Below are positions 1-9,874 of a DNA stretch of 29,518 nt, in pieces. The stretch is from positions 1-29,518 of IMG/VR virus record IMGVR_UViG_3300038313_000217; one strand, 5' to 3'. Numbering within the stretch: the stretch's first letter is position 1; every line of letters begins with the position of its first letter. This DNA is from a virus. Lineage: Duplodnaviria; Caudoviricetes. The translations under genes were made by a program, and so were the position numbers. Under the pieces are notes generated by a model. That model was given only the letters and a program-made list of their open reading frames with translations, was not told the origin of the DNA and did not search any database.

Positions 1-22
1 AACAGCACTCAACTATAATCGC

Positions 23-60
23 GCAATCAAAATGTGCTCTTTTTTGCATTCGGAATGTAC
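23..60 (-). repeat. Left-end putative transposase-binding sites (two tandem copies)
   Basis: GCAATCAAAATGTGC (23-37) and GCATTCGGAATGTAC (46-60) match the reverse complement of the right-end repeat (GCAAACGGAATGTAC) at 11/15 and 13/15 positions. Confidence 0.75.
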
Positions 61-78
61 CTTGCCCACACGTATTGC

Positions 79-654
79 CTAACTTAGCTCTCTGGCAAAA
101 ACTAAGAGATTTGAGCGTGGATCCTCTTCCATAGCTAATATATTAAAGCACATTAAAAAAGGTTCACCAGGCTCAGCTATAAAATCACCATTACCCACCA
201 CAATTACTCTTCTTCTTGGAGATGAACCAAAAGTAAAGTTAAAGCCTACAAATTTAAATAAAATATCTTTTTGTGTGGTATTATTATATAAGAGATAGTG
301 CGTGATCGGTAGTATGGAGCTATCTACTTCAAGAGTGTCGTTAACAAAAGGGAAGACACGAACTCTCATAATACCGCCCTGTGCGATTGGATCACCATCC
401 ACCTGATATAGAGTGGAACTATACGGATTAAATAAGTTTACTTCAGGTTCAAACATCAACCTCTCTCTCCTTTTAAATAGCATCTGTGGTGAGTTTATAA
501 ACCTATCACCAAACCCTACACGAACATCGACAACCTCACCACTGTCAAAGGCAATCATTAACTCACCATTCAAAGAACTATTTCCATCTGTTACAAAATC
601 TCCTAATGTTTCATTCCAATTAGTTACTCTTGCATTAATTTCTTTTACACTCAT
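79..654 (-). CDS. Hypothetical protein, last gene of the tail operon (possible receptor-binding or fibre-associated)
   Basis: 191-aa ORF whose start overlaps the stop of the tail fibre gene; no motif recognised. Confidence 0.6.
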   Translation of the reverse strand: MSVKEINARVTNWNETLGDFVTDGNSSLNGELMIAFDSGEVVDVRVGFGDRFINSPQMLFKRRERLMFEPEVNLFNPYSSTLYQVDGDPIAQGGIMRVRVFPFVNDTLEVDSSILPITHYLLYNNTTQKDILFKFVGFNFTFGSSPRRRVIVVGNGDFIAEPGEPFLMCFNILAMEEDPRSNLLVFARELS

Positions 655-2069
655 TGTGGACCCCCTTTCAGTACCAAAGTATCACCATCTAATATTAATG
701 ATCTAACAGCTACACTATACAGCTTATTATGTGTAATTCCTCCGGCTAGATGGTGGTTTTCTACACCACCATTTTTTATTGTGAGCTTCTCACTTGTAGT
801 AACTGTAATACTCGTTTCGTCAGGAGGAAATATATTCAGTTCTTCGATAAGTTTATCTTTCCTAATTAATCGAGTTACATTATCAATAATTATTACTGTA
901 TAATTGTCATTTTCAAATGTTTCACTTATTTCATTATTCTTCAATAGATTCTCTTTATAGTTAATTTGACCTTGTGCTTTCCTTAGCGCAGTTAATAGAG
1001 TATCATTGCTGTTAATCGGACTGTTTAATGGAGTAAATGTGCCGAGTAAACTTATTGCTTTGGTTTTTAACCATTGGAGGATCACTTTTGTTACACCCAA
1101 TACAGATATAACCTTTGTGTTTTCTGTCAAACCGTTACAATCAGAATCAGTAGCAAATTGTAATGGTTGAGCAATATTTAGCATATCAGTTCCTGTCCAG
1201 ATATATTGGAATGATGTCGATTTATCAATATACATTGTATCACCAATAGGGGACACACCCGGATGGAATTGAGTCGAACTTTTAGCTGTGTATAATTTCT
1301 TGTCAGATGTATTATAGTACACATGATCTATTGAGAGTCCACTTGTAGGGAGTGTGGCAACAAATGCCTGAACTTCTTGAAACTCATTAACAGATCCGGG
1401 TATCTGACTAACCGGAATCTTCCCACCTTCACCTAATGTAGCCACCCCATTAGGTACACCCATCATGGATGTGCTTATTTTTGACGAATCACTGGGGTGT
1501 ACGTGGTCAATTCTCGCAGCTTCAGAAGCTGTCCCTGCAGATGCCGTTCCATTTTGACGTAATTGACTTGCATTACCAAAATTAGTGTTAAATGCACTCT
1601 TTTGTGATTCTCCTATTAATACTCCACCTGTACCGGTAACAATAACATTACCGGCTACACTGCCAATTTTCCCATCTCTTGTAATATTGCCATGAACGTG
1701 ATTAATAGCGGCAAAATCACTCAAATCCAAATCAGTTATAATTTTGCGCCAAGTTGCAATGCTGTCTACAACAGACTCTAAATAATAGCAACGATTAGGT
1801 GAGTCCGGTTCATTTGTACGGATCCAAAGCGTTCCAATTGGATGTTTATAATCCGATATGGTTGGAGATGTCATAGATTCAACAACATAACAGCCAACGT
1901 ATGGAAGGCTGTTATATGCTCTTACACCATCACCTAGTTTTAATCTATAAAAATCACCATCTTTTTCAAACACCATTTCACCTTGTAATGGAACAGGGTT
2001 AGCAGTTTGAAGGTTCGCCTTTGTGTCAAACCATTCTTGACTTCTTACATTTAACGAATGAATACTCAT
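651..2069 (-). CDS. Tail fibre protein with Mtd_N/hyaluronidase-N-like N-terminal domain
   Basis: N-terminal NPVPLQGEMVFEKD..KLGDGVRAYNSLPY motif; fibre-type modules HVHGNITRDGKIG, AARIDHVHP and NGVATLGEGGKIPVSQIP; lies after the tail hub gene. Confidence 0.8.
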   Translation of the reverse strand: MSIHSLNVRSQEWFDTKANLQTANPVPLQGEMVFEKDGDFYRLKLGDGVRAYNSLPYVGCYVVESMTSPTISDYKHPIGTLWIRTNEPDSPNRCYYLESVVDSIATWRKIITDLDLSDFAAINHVHGNITRDGKIGSVAGNVIVTGTGGVLIGESQKSAFNTNFGNASQLRQNGTASAGTASEAARIDHVHPSDSSKISTSMMGVPNGVATLGEGGKIPVSQIPGSVNEFQEVQAFVATLPTSGLSIDHVYYNTSDKKLYTAKSSTQFHPGVSPIGDTMYIDKSTSFQYIWTGTDMLNIAQPLQFATDSDCNGLTENTKVISVLGVTKVILQWLKTKAISLLGTFTPLNSPINSNDTLLTALRKAQGQINYKENLLKNNEISETFENDNYTVIIIDNVTRLIRKDKLIEELNIFPPDETSITVTTSEKLTIKNGGVENHHLAGGITHNKLYSVAVRSLILDGDTLVLKGGPQ

Positions 2070-2070
2070 A

Positions 2071-3954
2071 TTACTTTATTTTTGTTGACCTTATCAGGTC
2101 AATTTGTTTATAATTATACCCTATCTGGTAATATCTCATAGCAACATCACTCCAAACAAATGGCTCTTCTGTCGCTTTATTTACATATAATACACCTTCA
2201 CTACCTATAGCCGGTAAGTCATCAGTAGTTTCTAAAAATGTAGGTTCCAACCCACTTACAACCGGTATCTCTGTGTCAACTCCATCAATTATCCAAGTCA
2301 TTTTATCACTCAATCTCGGAATTTTGGGGGGGATCTCCCGGAGTTCTTTCTGAGCTACCTGTAGTTCGCCAGTAAAGTGTTGGTTAATTTCAGGCTGTTT
2401 TTCGATCATCCTGGCAATTCTCCTACGTCTGCCATATCTGTAGCTAATATCTACAGTTAACAACTCGTATGATAGTGGATACAATAGATCACGTTGAACC
2501 TCTTGTATTCTAACCCATCTATCCACCATGTAAGCACTATCTTTAATATAAATAGATGCTCCCGGAATAAACAGATTTAAACTCTCTGTTAAAGGCTCTT
2601 TAAACGCCATTGAAAACTCGTCTAAAACAACCCTATATTGAACAAATGGCACTGAATAATCATTATAATATGCGGTAGCAACGTTCAATAATTCGTTCTC
2701 AGCTGCTAAAACAAAAGACAACGGCAAATTTATTGATGACAATTGATATCTGTCTCCTACAGCAAATTGAAACACACTATACTCCTCGTTCGGAATAGTA
2801 ATATCACGCTCTGTAATTGGAACGATTTTAAAGCTTTTTGATGCTGTGTCATACTGTTGAACCAAAAAACTATAACCATTCAGCTGTCCGCTTACAAACG
2901 TTATCATGGGGCTATCTTGTAGTCTATACTTCCATGTGCCGACTACAGAATTTGTATATAATTGTGAGTTCTCGTAGTTATCCTCCTGATTTGTGAGAGT
3001 TAACCACTCTGTATAATCTCCTGTCCAGGAGCTCCATTTTGCATTCAGGTCAAACATTTCGGAATCAACAAACTCCACGACAGATCCACCTAAAGAAGTT
3101 ACCACACCGGTTCTCGCTAATGGCACATCAAAATAACGCTTCTTTTCATAAATTCCAAAATTGTTCACCTTTGATGGATGTTCAATATAAGAGTCCCCTT
3201 TACCCTTATTTGGCAAACACAATCTGTCGTTTCTGTATCGATTTGGTACACCCTCTCCACCATAAGCAAACAATCTCGTGCAAAGATTATCGGCATTAAC
3301 ATTCTCCCGGTGCATTGATGCAATTCCTTTTAAAGCACCATATTCCAAAACACCACATTGAACTTGCTGTTGATAAGGGATCATGTGAATCGACTTAACA
3401 CCATACAGCTCTGTGATATGAAATTCACAATCAAACTCATCTGCTATCATATTCAATGCAGATAAGCAATTATCATCTTCAGAAAAGCCTAAAGTCTTAA
3501 CCTGTACACCACCCGTACCAATAGAACCGGCAATCCATTCTCCTGGAAAAACACGATTAGCATTAGCCACAATCACATTGAGAAATGTACCTACATTCCC
3601 GGTTAAATAGTCACCTTGTAAATTTTGAAGTTCAAAAGTAGTGGTATCAATATTTAGATTAAATGAAACGGACAATAAATCATACTGAACCCCTTCAAAT
3701 TCCAAATCATACACATAGCTCGATCCATCTTTGCGAACCGTTGGGAGCCTATTCATTTTATAAGTTCTTGATCGTAAAACGGTATAATCTCCTATTTTAA
3801 ATTCAAAATAAAGGGGGGAGACAACTCGCAGTTGCAACTTATCCTCTGTCATCAATTTCATGTATTGAGTTGCAGTGTCAATAAATAGGCAGGGTTCTTT
3901 AGTCCCTCCCAAAACATAACTACTACCGTCTCTCCTTGTTATTGTAAGCTCCAT
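2071..3954 (-). CDS. Tail hub / Tal-like protein (prophage tail endopeptidase-like fold)
   Basis: 627 aa, downstream of TMP and Dit-like genes; LEYG..KG..S..R and LCTRLFAYGG motifs typical of siphophage hub proteins. Confidence 0.75.
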   Translation of the reverse strand: MELTITRRDGSSYVLGGTKEPCLFIDTATQYMKLMTEDKLQLRVVSPLYFEFKIGDYTVLRSRTYKMNRLPTVRKDGSSYVYDLEFEGVQYDLLSVSFNLNIDTTTFELQNLQGDYLTGNVGTFLNVIVANANRVFPGEWIAGSIGTGGVQVKTLGFSEDDNCLSALNMIADEFDCEFHITELYGVKSIHMIPYQQQVQCGVLEYGALKGIASMHRENVNADNLCTRLFAYGGEGVPNRYRNDRLCLPNKGKGDSYIEHPSKVNNFGIYEKKRYFDVPLARTGVVTSLGGSVVEFVDSEMFDLNAKWSSWTGDYTEWLTLTNQEDNYENSQLYTNSVVGTWKYRLQDSPMITFVSGQLNGYSFLVQQYDTASKSFKIVPITERDITIPNEEYSVFQFAVGDRYQLSSINLPLSFVLAAENELLNVATAYYNDYSVPFVQYRVVLDEFSMAFKEPLTESLNLFIPGASIYIKDSAYMVDRWVRIQEVQRDLLYPLSYELLTVDISYRYGRRRRIARMIEKQPEINQHFTGELQVAQKELREIPPKIPRLSDKMTWIIDGVDTEIPVVSGLEPTFLETTDDLPAIGSEGVLYVNKATEEPFVWSDVAMRYYQIGYNYKQIDLIRSTKIK

Positions 3955-4595
3955 ATTAATTCAAAAAAATCCACCGACTCTATAATGAAATATAATAAAT
4001 CAAAATCACCACATATAGCAACATAATATTCACCAAACTCCTCGTATTCATGCATGATCCCACCTTTCAAACAATCATTATATTTTCCATCCCCCCAATA
4101 GATCCTTGCCGCAATATTTGAAAGAAATTCCAAATCTACATGTTTGTTTTCAGTCAACTTAAACATATACACCCTTTTTGTAGGCATTGGATCTACCAAC
4201 GTAACAGTGAAGGTTGCTACATTCCTTCCGGACTTCCATTTAAACTTATAGGGTGTAAGATTACTACAATACACATCATATACAAGCGGTTTAATATTTC
4301 CAATCTCCACCATGAGTCGCAAATAACCACTCTTTTGAAACAACCCGGTAACAGCACTCAACTTTGAATGTAAATCAGCAGGAGTATCTGCAACAACAAA
4401 GCACTCTAATTCAATTACACGCTCCCCAACGGTCGATTTACGAGTATCGGTATAAATACCCGGACTATCCTGAAAAGAGCGAGAAAATCGATCCTTTTGC
4501 TTTAATGGATCAATTAAACCACTACTCTTACTCACACGTATTGAATAGTCACTAAAAAAAACACCATCTATAGAATATCTTATCAATCCACTCAT
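3939..4595 (-). CDS. Distal tail (Dit-like) protein
   Basis: 218 aa directly after the tape measure; N-terminal YSIDGVFFSDYSIRV, R.IELEC and F.VTLVDP.P motifs; C-terminal IYWGDG (PKD-like). Confidence 0.7.
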   Translation of the reverse strand: MSGLIRYSIDGVFFSDYSIRVSKSSGLIDPLKQKDRFSRSFQDSPGIYTDTRKSTVGERVIELECFVVADTPADLHSKLSAVTGLFQKSGYLRLMVEIGNIKPLVYDVYCSNLTPYKFKWKSGRNVATFTVTLVDPMPTKRVYMFKLTENKHVDLEFLSNIAARIYWGDGKYNDCLKGGIMHEYEEFGEYYVAICGDFDLLYFIIESVDFFELIWSLQ

Positions 4596-7500
4596 AGTCC
4601 GATCCCTCTGTTATTTTCGTTATTTCCTAAAACGATCCGATCATATATCTTCCGGATATATGCCGTATCGCTTTTAACTCCGAATAAAACTGACAATTGT
4701 TCTCGAAGTATTGCAACTTGATCATATCCAATTATTCTCATGGCATTGATCTGTCCGATTAAAGCACCAGCCTCCTGACTTGTAATCTGTTTAATTGCGG
4801 ATTGTAAACCCTGTGTATTGGGACCATCACCAAGCGCTGTATCTAAAAAATCAAACAATCCCTCCCATTGTCCCATATTTGCCTCGATATCGGAAAAGGC
4901 ATTCATAATAAGCTCCTGAAAGTAATTTAACCAATTAACATCTGTCAGAGCTTCACCACCGGTATCTGCAATTGCCCAATCAATAAAGTCGAGAGTGTCC
5001 TGTAGATACGTTGCTATTATATGACTTTTAAAAGCATCTTTTATAGCGCTACTAATAACACGATTAAACGCATCACCCCAATCCTCAACAGCAGAAACTC
5101 CATCAAGAAATGGATCTATCAGTGAATCAGCCAACTCTTCTCCTAACTGCCCCATCTGTCCAAAAGTAGATGCAAAATCACTGTACATAGAGGATATTTG
5201 ATATAGCAAATCATTTATCCTATTTTCATATCCTTTAATATCAGCTTTATCTCCCTCGCTATCCAAAGCTGCCTGGAATGCATTTTGCTCCATCTCCAAC
5301 TGATATAAGAGATTATGTTTATAAGCTTCAAAAGCGTCCCCTCTTGTATTTATTTCTACTTCTACAAGAAAGGGACCAAAGCCAGCAAGGGCACCAGAGT
5401 CAAACTTTTTATAACTTAAAACTACAGTTGGTGTGAAGTGAAGTGATCCATATAGCTCTTTCAACTTAGCTGCCTCATTTTCTAATAATCGAATTCTGCC
5501 TTCCCAAGACAAACGAATTTTTTCCTGTTCTTCTTTGTAATATGTAAATATAGCACCTATTGCTGATATTGCTAAATCGACAAGAGAACTAAAAGTTAAT
5601 GGACTATTAAAACCTTCGTTGCGAAAGTTATTATAAAGCGTAGTAAGTTGTGAAACCATTCTTGTAAGTTGTTGATCTACACCTAATGCTCCCATCAGCC
5701 TGGACACCAAATCCATACCGATTGTAAACTCCAAAATCCCTTCTACAAGATTTTCTTTAATTACCCTAGATGCCTCTTCAATTGCCTCAAAGTCGTCATT
5801 AAGTTTCGCTCTTTTAAGAGCCTTAAAAGCGTTTAATAATTTTGTTAATGGACTATCAGAGTCAGGGGTGCTCATAAGCTGATTGTAAATCCTTTTAATC
5901 TCTTCTAATAAGTCTGGAGCGGCTTTTAATCTCTCCACAGCTTCAGCATCCAATTGAAACGGTCCATTCCACTTTGTTTCATCCATCTGGTGCTGTTCTA
6001 CCCAGTCAATTAATATACGAAGATTAGAAGCTAATGCTTTACGATGTTCATCTGATAATCTTTTTAGATCGGTAAAAAGGCTATTTAATGCTTTAGATGA
6101 CTCTAATGCTTGCACTACAAGGTTGTCAATTTCTTTCTCTCTCGATTCTTTTAATCTTGCTGATAACTCCTCATCTCCCTTTAATTCTGCCGCAAAAATC
6201 AGAGCATCATATTTTTTTGAAATAGCCAACTTCTTTTCATTAAAGCTGCCAAAATCAAACAAACTTTGTTCATATAATTGGTTAATGGCATCAAACCCAT
6301 CCACTCCCAATTCATACATCTGAGAGTATAAATCTCTCATGGATTGAAGGTTCTCCCGGTTAGCCATATCAGGTTCTATTTCAATTGCGTCATCTATAGC
6401 AGTTAAATTGTCAACGTACTTTTGTATAAGTCTGCTACGCCCCTCAACGTGATCTAAATAACTCCTTGACAGTTCCTCTACTCTCTTATCAATCTCATCC
6501 CTTTCGTGGTCTATTAAATCTGCAATAAAAGAGCGTTTTTCAACTGACTCTCCGGATGAATTATATCGATCACGCAAATAAGTTAATCTTTCAATTGCAT
6601 TCTGATAGGTGGATAGTTCCTCTTCCACCTCTTTTTTGAATTCATCTAATGAATCTCCAACCTTTATAGTGGTTGTTGTTTTTTTCTTTCTTTGGTCAAT
6701 TCGATCAATCTCTTTCTCAACTTCCCGGATCTCATCTAATAACTTTTTGCGTTGCACTGAATCGCCGGCAAATTCATAGGCACTATTCAACTGTGATAAT
6801 TTGTCTCGTAATGCACTTATTGACGAATCAGCTGACGAGGAAAATTTATTAAAAGTATTTGATGCTTGTTGCTCATAACTTTTAATATATTTCTCCAACC
6901 TTGCCATCTCGGTAGCTATAGAATTAATCTCTTCGCTTAACTTTTGTCTTTTTCGTAGGTATCGTTTAGGCAAATAATATCCACTAGATGGAGAGATCAT
7001 AGCATCCAACTCCATCTGTTTTTCTATTTGCTCCTTAGCTTTTTCTTGCAACAATTCAGCAGTAGCAGCCGCTTTTGCTCTGGATATAATTGCATTGATA
7101 ACACTCCCTGTATGAGTTACAAAGACACGCTCTGCATCGTGAACATCATTGATTGATAGCCCAAGATCATTAAACGCCTTTTGATTGCGATAAATAAAAA
7201 CCTCTTTATCTTTCAAATCATTCCCCAAAGAGCGGTATGCTGCACTCAATTTTTGTAATGAAACAATTGAGGGTGCAGCACCATCGGCAACGCTCTTATT
7301 AAACTCTTTGATCGCTTCTTTTGATTCACGTAAATTAGATACAAACTTGCTAACTAATGCAATGACACCGGTGATCACAACTGATAATCCCAGTGTTAAA
7401 GTAGCCATCAACGCTTGAGAAGCTGCTGTGGTAATCCCTAATGATACTGCAACCCGATTATTTACATTAGCCCACATCTCTTTGGCACGGGTTAAAACAG

Positions 7501-8215
7501 CTACTGAGAATGCGCTTGATTTATTAACTGTTTGAGAGATCTGCTGTAATCCTATAGTCACTGCCATTAATGACTGTACTCGGAGCATGATCTTAGATAA
7601 GTTCTCACTCTTAGTTGAGAACAAACCAATAGCGCCTTGCACGGCAGAGAACCCTCCGGCAAGCGCACTAACACCTTGCACCATCCCCTGAAAAAAACGT
7701 TCATCTCGAGCTAACACCTGTGTTTCTTTCCTAACACGTGTTAAAGCATTGGCATATTCTCCGGCTTTATCTCTTAGTTTCTGATAGGTATCGCTGTTAC
7801 GATCACCTTCCATCTCCAATCGTGCCATCTCATCCTGCACGTTCCTTAATGAAGTGGTTAACTTTTCATAACTCTCTTTATTGTTTTTTAAAGCGATTTC
7901 TAATCTTACAAGTTGTTCTTTCTCAGCTTCTAAATCCTCGACAATTGAACGCCGCTCTTTTAAAAGATTATGTTTTTCTTTGCCAGGAGCAGTATATGAA
8001 ATAGTTTTTTCTAAATTTTTTAATTGTTTCTCTAAATCTGCAATATACTCTTTTTGAATCAAAAGATTTTCTTTGGTAGCATCAAAAAACATTTCCATTC
8101 CATCCCCTGCTTCTACAGATGCTTTGGAGATCCCTTTGATCCTGTCCTCTGTCTTTTTTAAAACACCGGAGCTATCAGCCTCAAACGTTAATTCAAATCC
8201 TATTTCTTCTCTCAT
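4592..8215 (-). CDS. Tail tape measure protein
   Basis: 1207 aa, long helical/coiled-coil protein with hydrophobic Ala/Gly-rich segments; follows the tail tube and chaperone genes. Confidence 0.92.
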   Translation of the reverse strand: MREEIGFELTFEADSSGVLKKTEDRIKGISKASVEAGDGMEMFFDATKENLLIQKEYIADLEKQLKNLEKTISYTAPGKEKHNLLKERRSIVEDLEAEKEQLVRLEIALKNNKESYEKLTTSLRNVQDEMARLEMEGDRNSDTYQKLRDKAGEYANALTRVRKETQVLARDERFFQGMVQGVSALAGGFSAVQGAIGLFSTKSENLSKIMLRVQSLMAVTIGLQQISQTVNKSSAFSVAVLTRAKEMWANVNNRVAVSLGITTAASQALMATLTLGLSVVITGVIALVSKFVSNLRESKEAIKEFNKSVADGAAPSIVSLQKLSAAYRSLGNDLKDKEVFIYRNQKAFNDLGLSINDVHDAERVFVTHTGSVINAIISRAKAAATAELLQEKAKEQIEKQMELDAMISPSSGYYLPKRYLRKRQKLSEEINSIATEMARLEKYIKSYEQQASNTFNKFSSSADSSISALRDKLSQLNSAYEFAGDSVQRKKLLDEIREVEKEIDRIDQRKKKTTTTIKVGDSLDEFKKEVEEELSTYQNAIERLTYLRDRYNSSGESVEKRSFIADLIDHERDEIDKRVEELSRSYLDHVEGRSRLIQKYVDNLTAIDDAIEIEPDMANRENLQSMRDLYSQMYELGVDGFDAINQLYEQSLFDFGSFNEKKLAISKKYDALIFAAELKGDEELSARLKESREKEIDNLVVQALESSKALNSLFTDLKRLSDEHRKALASNLRILIDWVEQHQMDETKWNGPFQLDAEAVERLKAAPDLLEEIKRIYNQLMSTPDSDSPLTKLLNAFKALKRAKLNDDFEAIEEASRVIKENLVEGILEFTIGMDLVSRLMGALGVDQQLTRMVSQLTTLYNNFRNEGFNSPLTFSSLVDLAISAIGAIFTYYKEEQEKIRLSWEGRIRLLENEAAKLKELYGSLHFTPTVVLSYKKFDSGALAGFGPFLVEVEINTRGDAFEAYKHNLLYQLEMEQNAFQAALDSEGDKADIKGYENRINDLLYQISSMYSDFASTFGQMGQLGEELADSLIDPFLDGVSAVEDWGDAFNRVISSAIKDAFKSHIIATYLQDTLDFIDWAIADTGGEALTDVNWLNYFQELIMNAFSDIEANMGQWEGLFDFLDTALGDGPNTQGLQSAIKQITSQEAGALIGQINAMRIIGYDQVAILREQLSVLFGVKSDTAYIRKIYDRIVLGNNENNRGIGL

Positions 8216-8421
8216 ATTTTACTGCTAATGAAATTCGCAAATATTTCAGCGTTATCATCTGTTAAAATTAGCTCCTCCTCATCGTCTTTGCTGTCTCCAT
8301 ATTGCGGGGCATCTATAATCATACGCAATAAGACAGCCCACGGCACCTCTCTCACTAATTGATCATAGGACCAGCCAAAATACTCACACATCATGGCACG
8401 CTGTCCGTATGTACTCCTCAT
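8212..8421 (-). CDS. Tail assembly chaperone, C-terminal (T-like) part, probably reached by -1 frameshift
   Basis: Short ORF in the -1 frame relative to the upstream chaperone, directly before the TMP; that frame is open back to the slippery site at 8481-8487. Confidence 0.75.
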   Translation of the reverse strand: MRSTYGQRAMMCEYFGWSYDQLVREVPWAVLLRMIIDAPQYGDSKDDEEELILTDDNAEIFANFISSKI

Positions 8422-8927
8422 TCCTCTATTCGACTCGGAGCCGTGCTTCGCCCTTCGGCGATTAATCGAATAGAGTAAATAAAATCCACCAAGTTGCTTT
8501 CATTAATAATGCAAATCATTAACTCTTTGATTTGCTTTGGTGTCATTGAACGGCGGATTAAAGATGCAAGTTTATTGATTTTTAAATCATTTCGACAATA
8601 CCCAAATGGTGTAACATGCTCTGCGGATCTTCCCAGTATGGCTATTGCGATATACCTACTCACAGGAACTATAGACCTGGCTAATATCTTTTTAGATTCA
8701 CCAAGGGGGTTTTTAGCTACTGCCTCCTCATCAATTACCACCTCGATAGCTTCTGCCGATAATAGATCCAATACTGCCAGTGTGGGTTGCTTAATTTCAA
8801 GCACACGAGGTTTCCTGATCCTGCGGAACCAACGCCACTGATCCACTTCTATTGTGAACTTAACCCCATCGTTGTTCAGCAGGTTCAGTTCCTCACGTTC
8901 TTTATTGATCTTATCCTTCTCCACCAC
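8418..8927 (-). CDS. Tail assembly chaperone (G-like)
   Basis: Lies between tail tube and TMP. The track gives ATG 8966, but GTG at 8927/8924 after AAGGAGG gives less overlap with the tube gene; start uncertain. Confidence 0.75.
   Translation of the reverse strand: MVEKDKINKEREELNLLNNDGVKFTIEVDQWRWFRRIRKPRVLEIKQPTLAVLDLLSAEAIEVVIDEEAVAKNPLGESKKILARSIVPVSRYIAIAILGRSAEHVTPFGYCRNDLKINKLASLIRRSMTPKQIKELMICIINESNLVDFIYSIRLIAEGRSTAPSRIEE
8424..8487 (-). promoter_or_regulatory. -1 programmed ribosomal frameshift signal (slippery G GAT TTT plus stem-loop)
   Basis: In-frame G_GAT_TTT (8487-8481), 5-nt spacer, perfect 10-bp stem (8475-8466 with 8433-8424) enclosing a TCGCC-GAAG-GGCGA hairpin. Confidence 0.8.
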
Positions 8928-9417
8928 CTGCAACCTCCTTATCAATTGTGCGGAATGGTTTGCCATTTTCTACACTATTGGGGGTGAAAGTAACCAATAC
9001 CCTCAATATATCTTTTGAGGTTAATTTACCTACTATCTTGCCATACATTTTGCAGTTGGGAGCAACAAAATCTTTGCCCTGTGCTGTAACGAATCTTACA
9101 TACTTTTTAACGGACTTTCCTTCTGCGATACTCCAGTTACCATCTTCAACGCTACCGCCGATTAATGAGAGTACATCCGGGTTATCTACAACGATCTCTG
9201 CCTTCAAACCAACCGGACCAAACTCCTCTGTGCTTTCAAAAGGAAATGATTCTCCCTCTTCATAAAACTCTGTGACAGATGGATCATCTTGCAAAAATTC
9301 ACAAGTTTCCTTGTAAACCATACCTATTTTGATCAATGTCGATACTTCTGGATCTGCACCTGATTCCTGTGCTTCTCCGATTTTAATTTCTTGTAAACCT
9401 TTAATTACTGTTCCCAT
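8911..9417 (-). CDS. Major tail (tube) protein
   Basis: 168-aa acidic, beta-rich protein with N-terminal GLQEIKIGE, located before the chaperones and TMP. Confidence 0.75.
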   Translation of the reverse strand: MGTVIKGLQEIKIGEAQESGADPEVSTLIKIGMVYKETCEFLQDDPSVTEFYEEGESFPFESTEEFGPVGLKAEIVVDNPDVLSLIGGSVEDGNWSIAEGKSVKKYVRFVTAQGKDFVAPNCKMYGKIVGKLTSKDILRVLVTFTPNSVENGKPFRTIDKEVAGGGEG

Positions 9418-9418
9418 T

Positions 9419-9874
9419 TCAAATCTTTTTAATTGTTTTTAAAATTAATACTAAAAAAGCAGAGAGCAATACAACAGCACCTACAAATTCGAGGCACCGT
9501 TGCCATTCTCTCCACCATCCCCCCTTCTTTTCCTTCTCCACATAAACAGGGACTTCTCTTTCAACTATAGAATCCCTTACAATAACCTTTGCATCTTCCC
9601 GCATGGTTTTAAATGTCATTTGAACACGGTTGCTATCTACTTTAAACCGCGTTTCAACGTTCTCAGATTTTACTTCTAAATAGTCAGATACAATTACTTT
9701 GTTGCCGACAGGATCCCAAGACAATAAAGTAAAAATAGAGGCTGAGTCCTGCACTATCGGAATGGTAACAACCCGGTCACGCACCACTGTCTCACTTCGC
9801 AATGGCACCTCTTTAGTTTGCCGGCATCCCAATAGGCTAATAGCTAATATTGTTAGCATTAAGTAGGTTCTCAT
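9419..9874 (-). CDS. Lipoprotein with C-terminal TM helix; candidate unimolecular spanin
   Basis: Signal peptide with lipobox LLGC; C-terminal hydrophobic FVGAVVLLSAFLVLIL followed by a basic tail; within the lysis cluster. Confidence 0.65.
   Translation of the reverse strand: MRTYLMLTILAISLLGCRQTKEVPLRSETVVRDRVVTIPIVQDSASIFTLLSWDPVGNKVIVSDYLEVKSENVETRFKVDSNRVQMTFKTMREDAKVIVRDSIVEREVPVYVEKEKKGGWWREWQRCLEFVGAVVLLSAFLVLILKTIKKI

Noticed and set aside
651-2069. Diversity-generating retroelement suggested by the Mtd_N-like domain
   Set aside because: No reverse transcriptase and no template/variable repeat pair seen in the window.
79-3954. Mu-type invertible G segment
   Set aside because: No serine invertase, no oppositely oriented fibre genes and no flanking inverted repeats seen.
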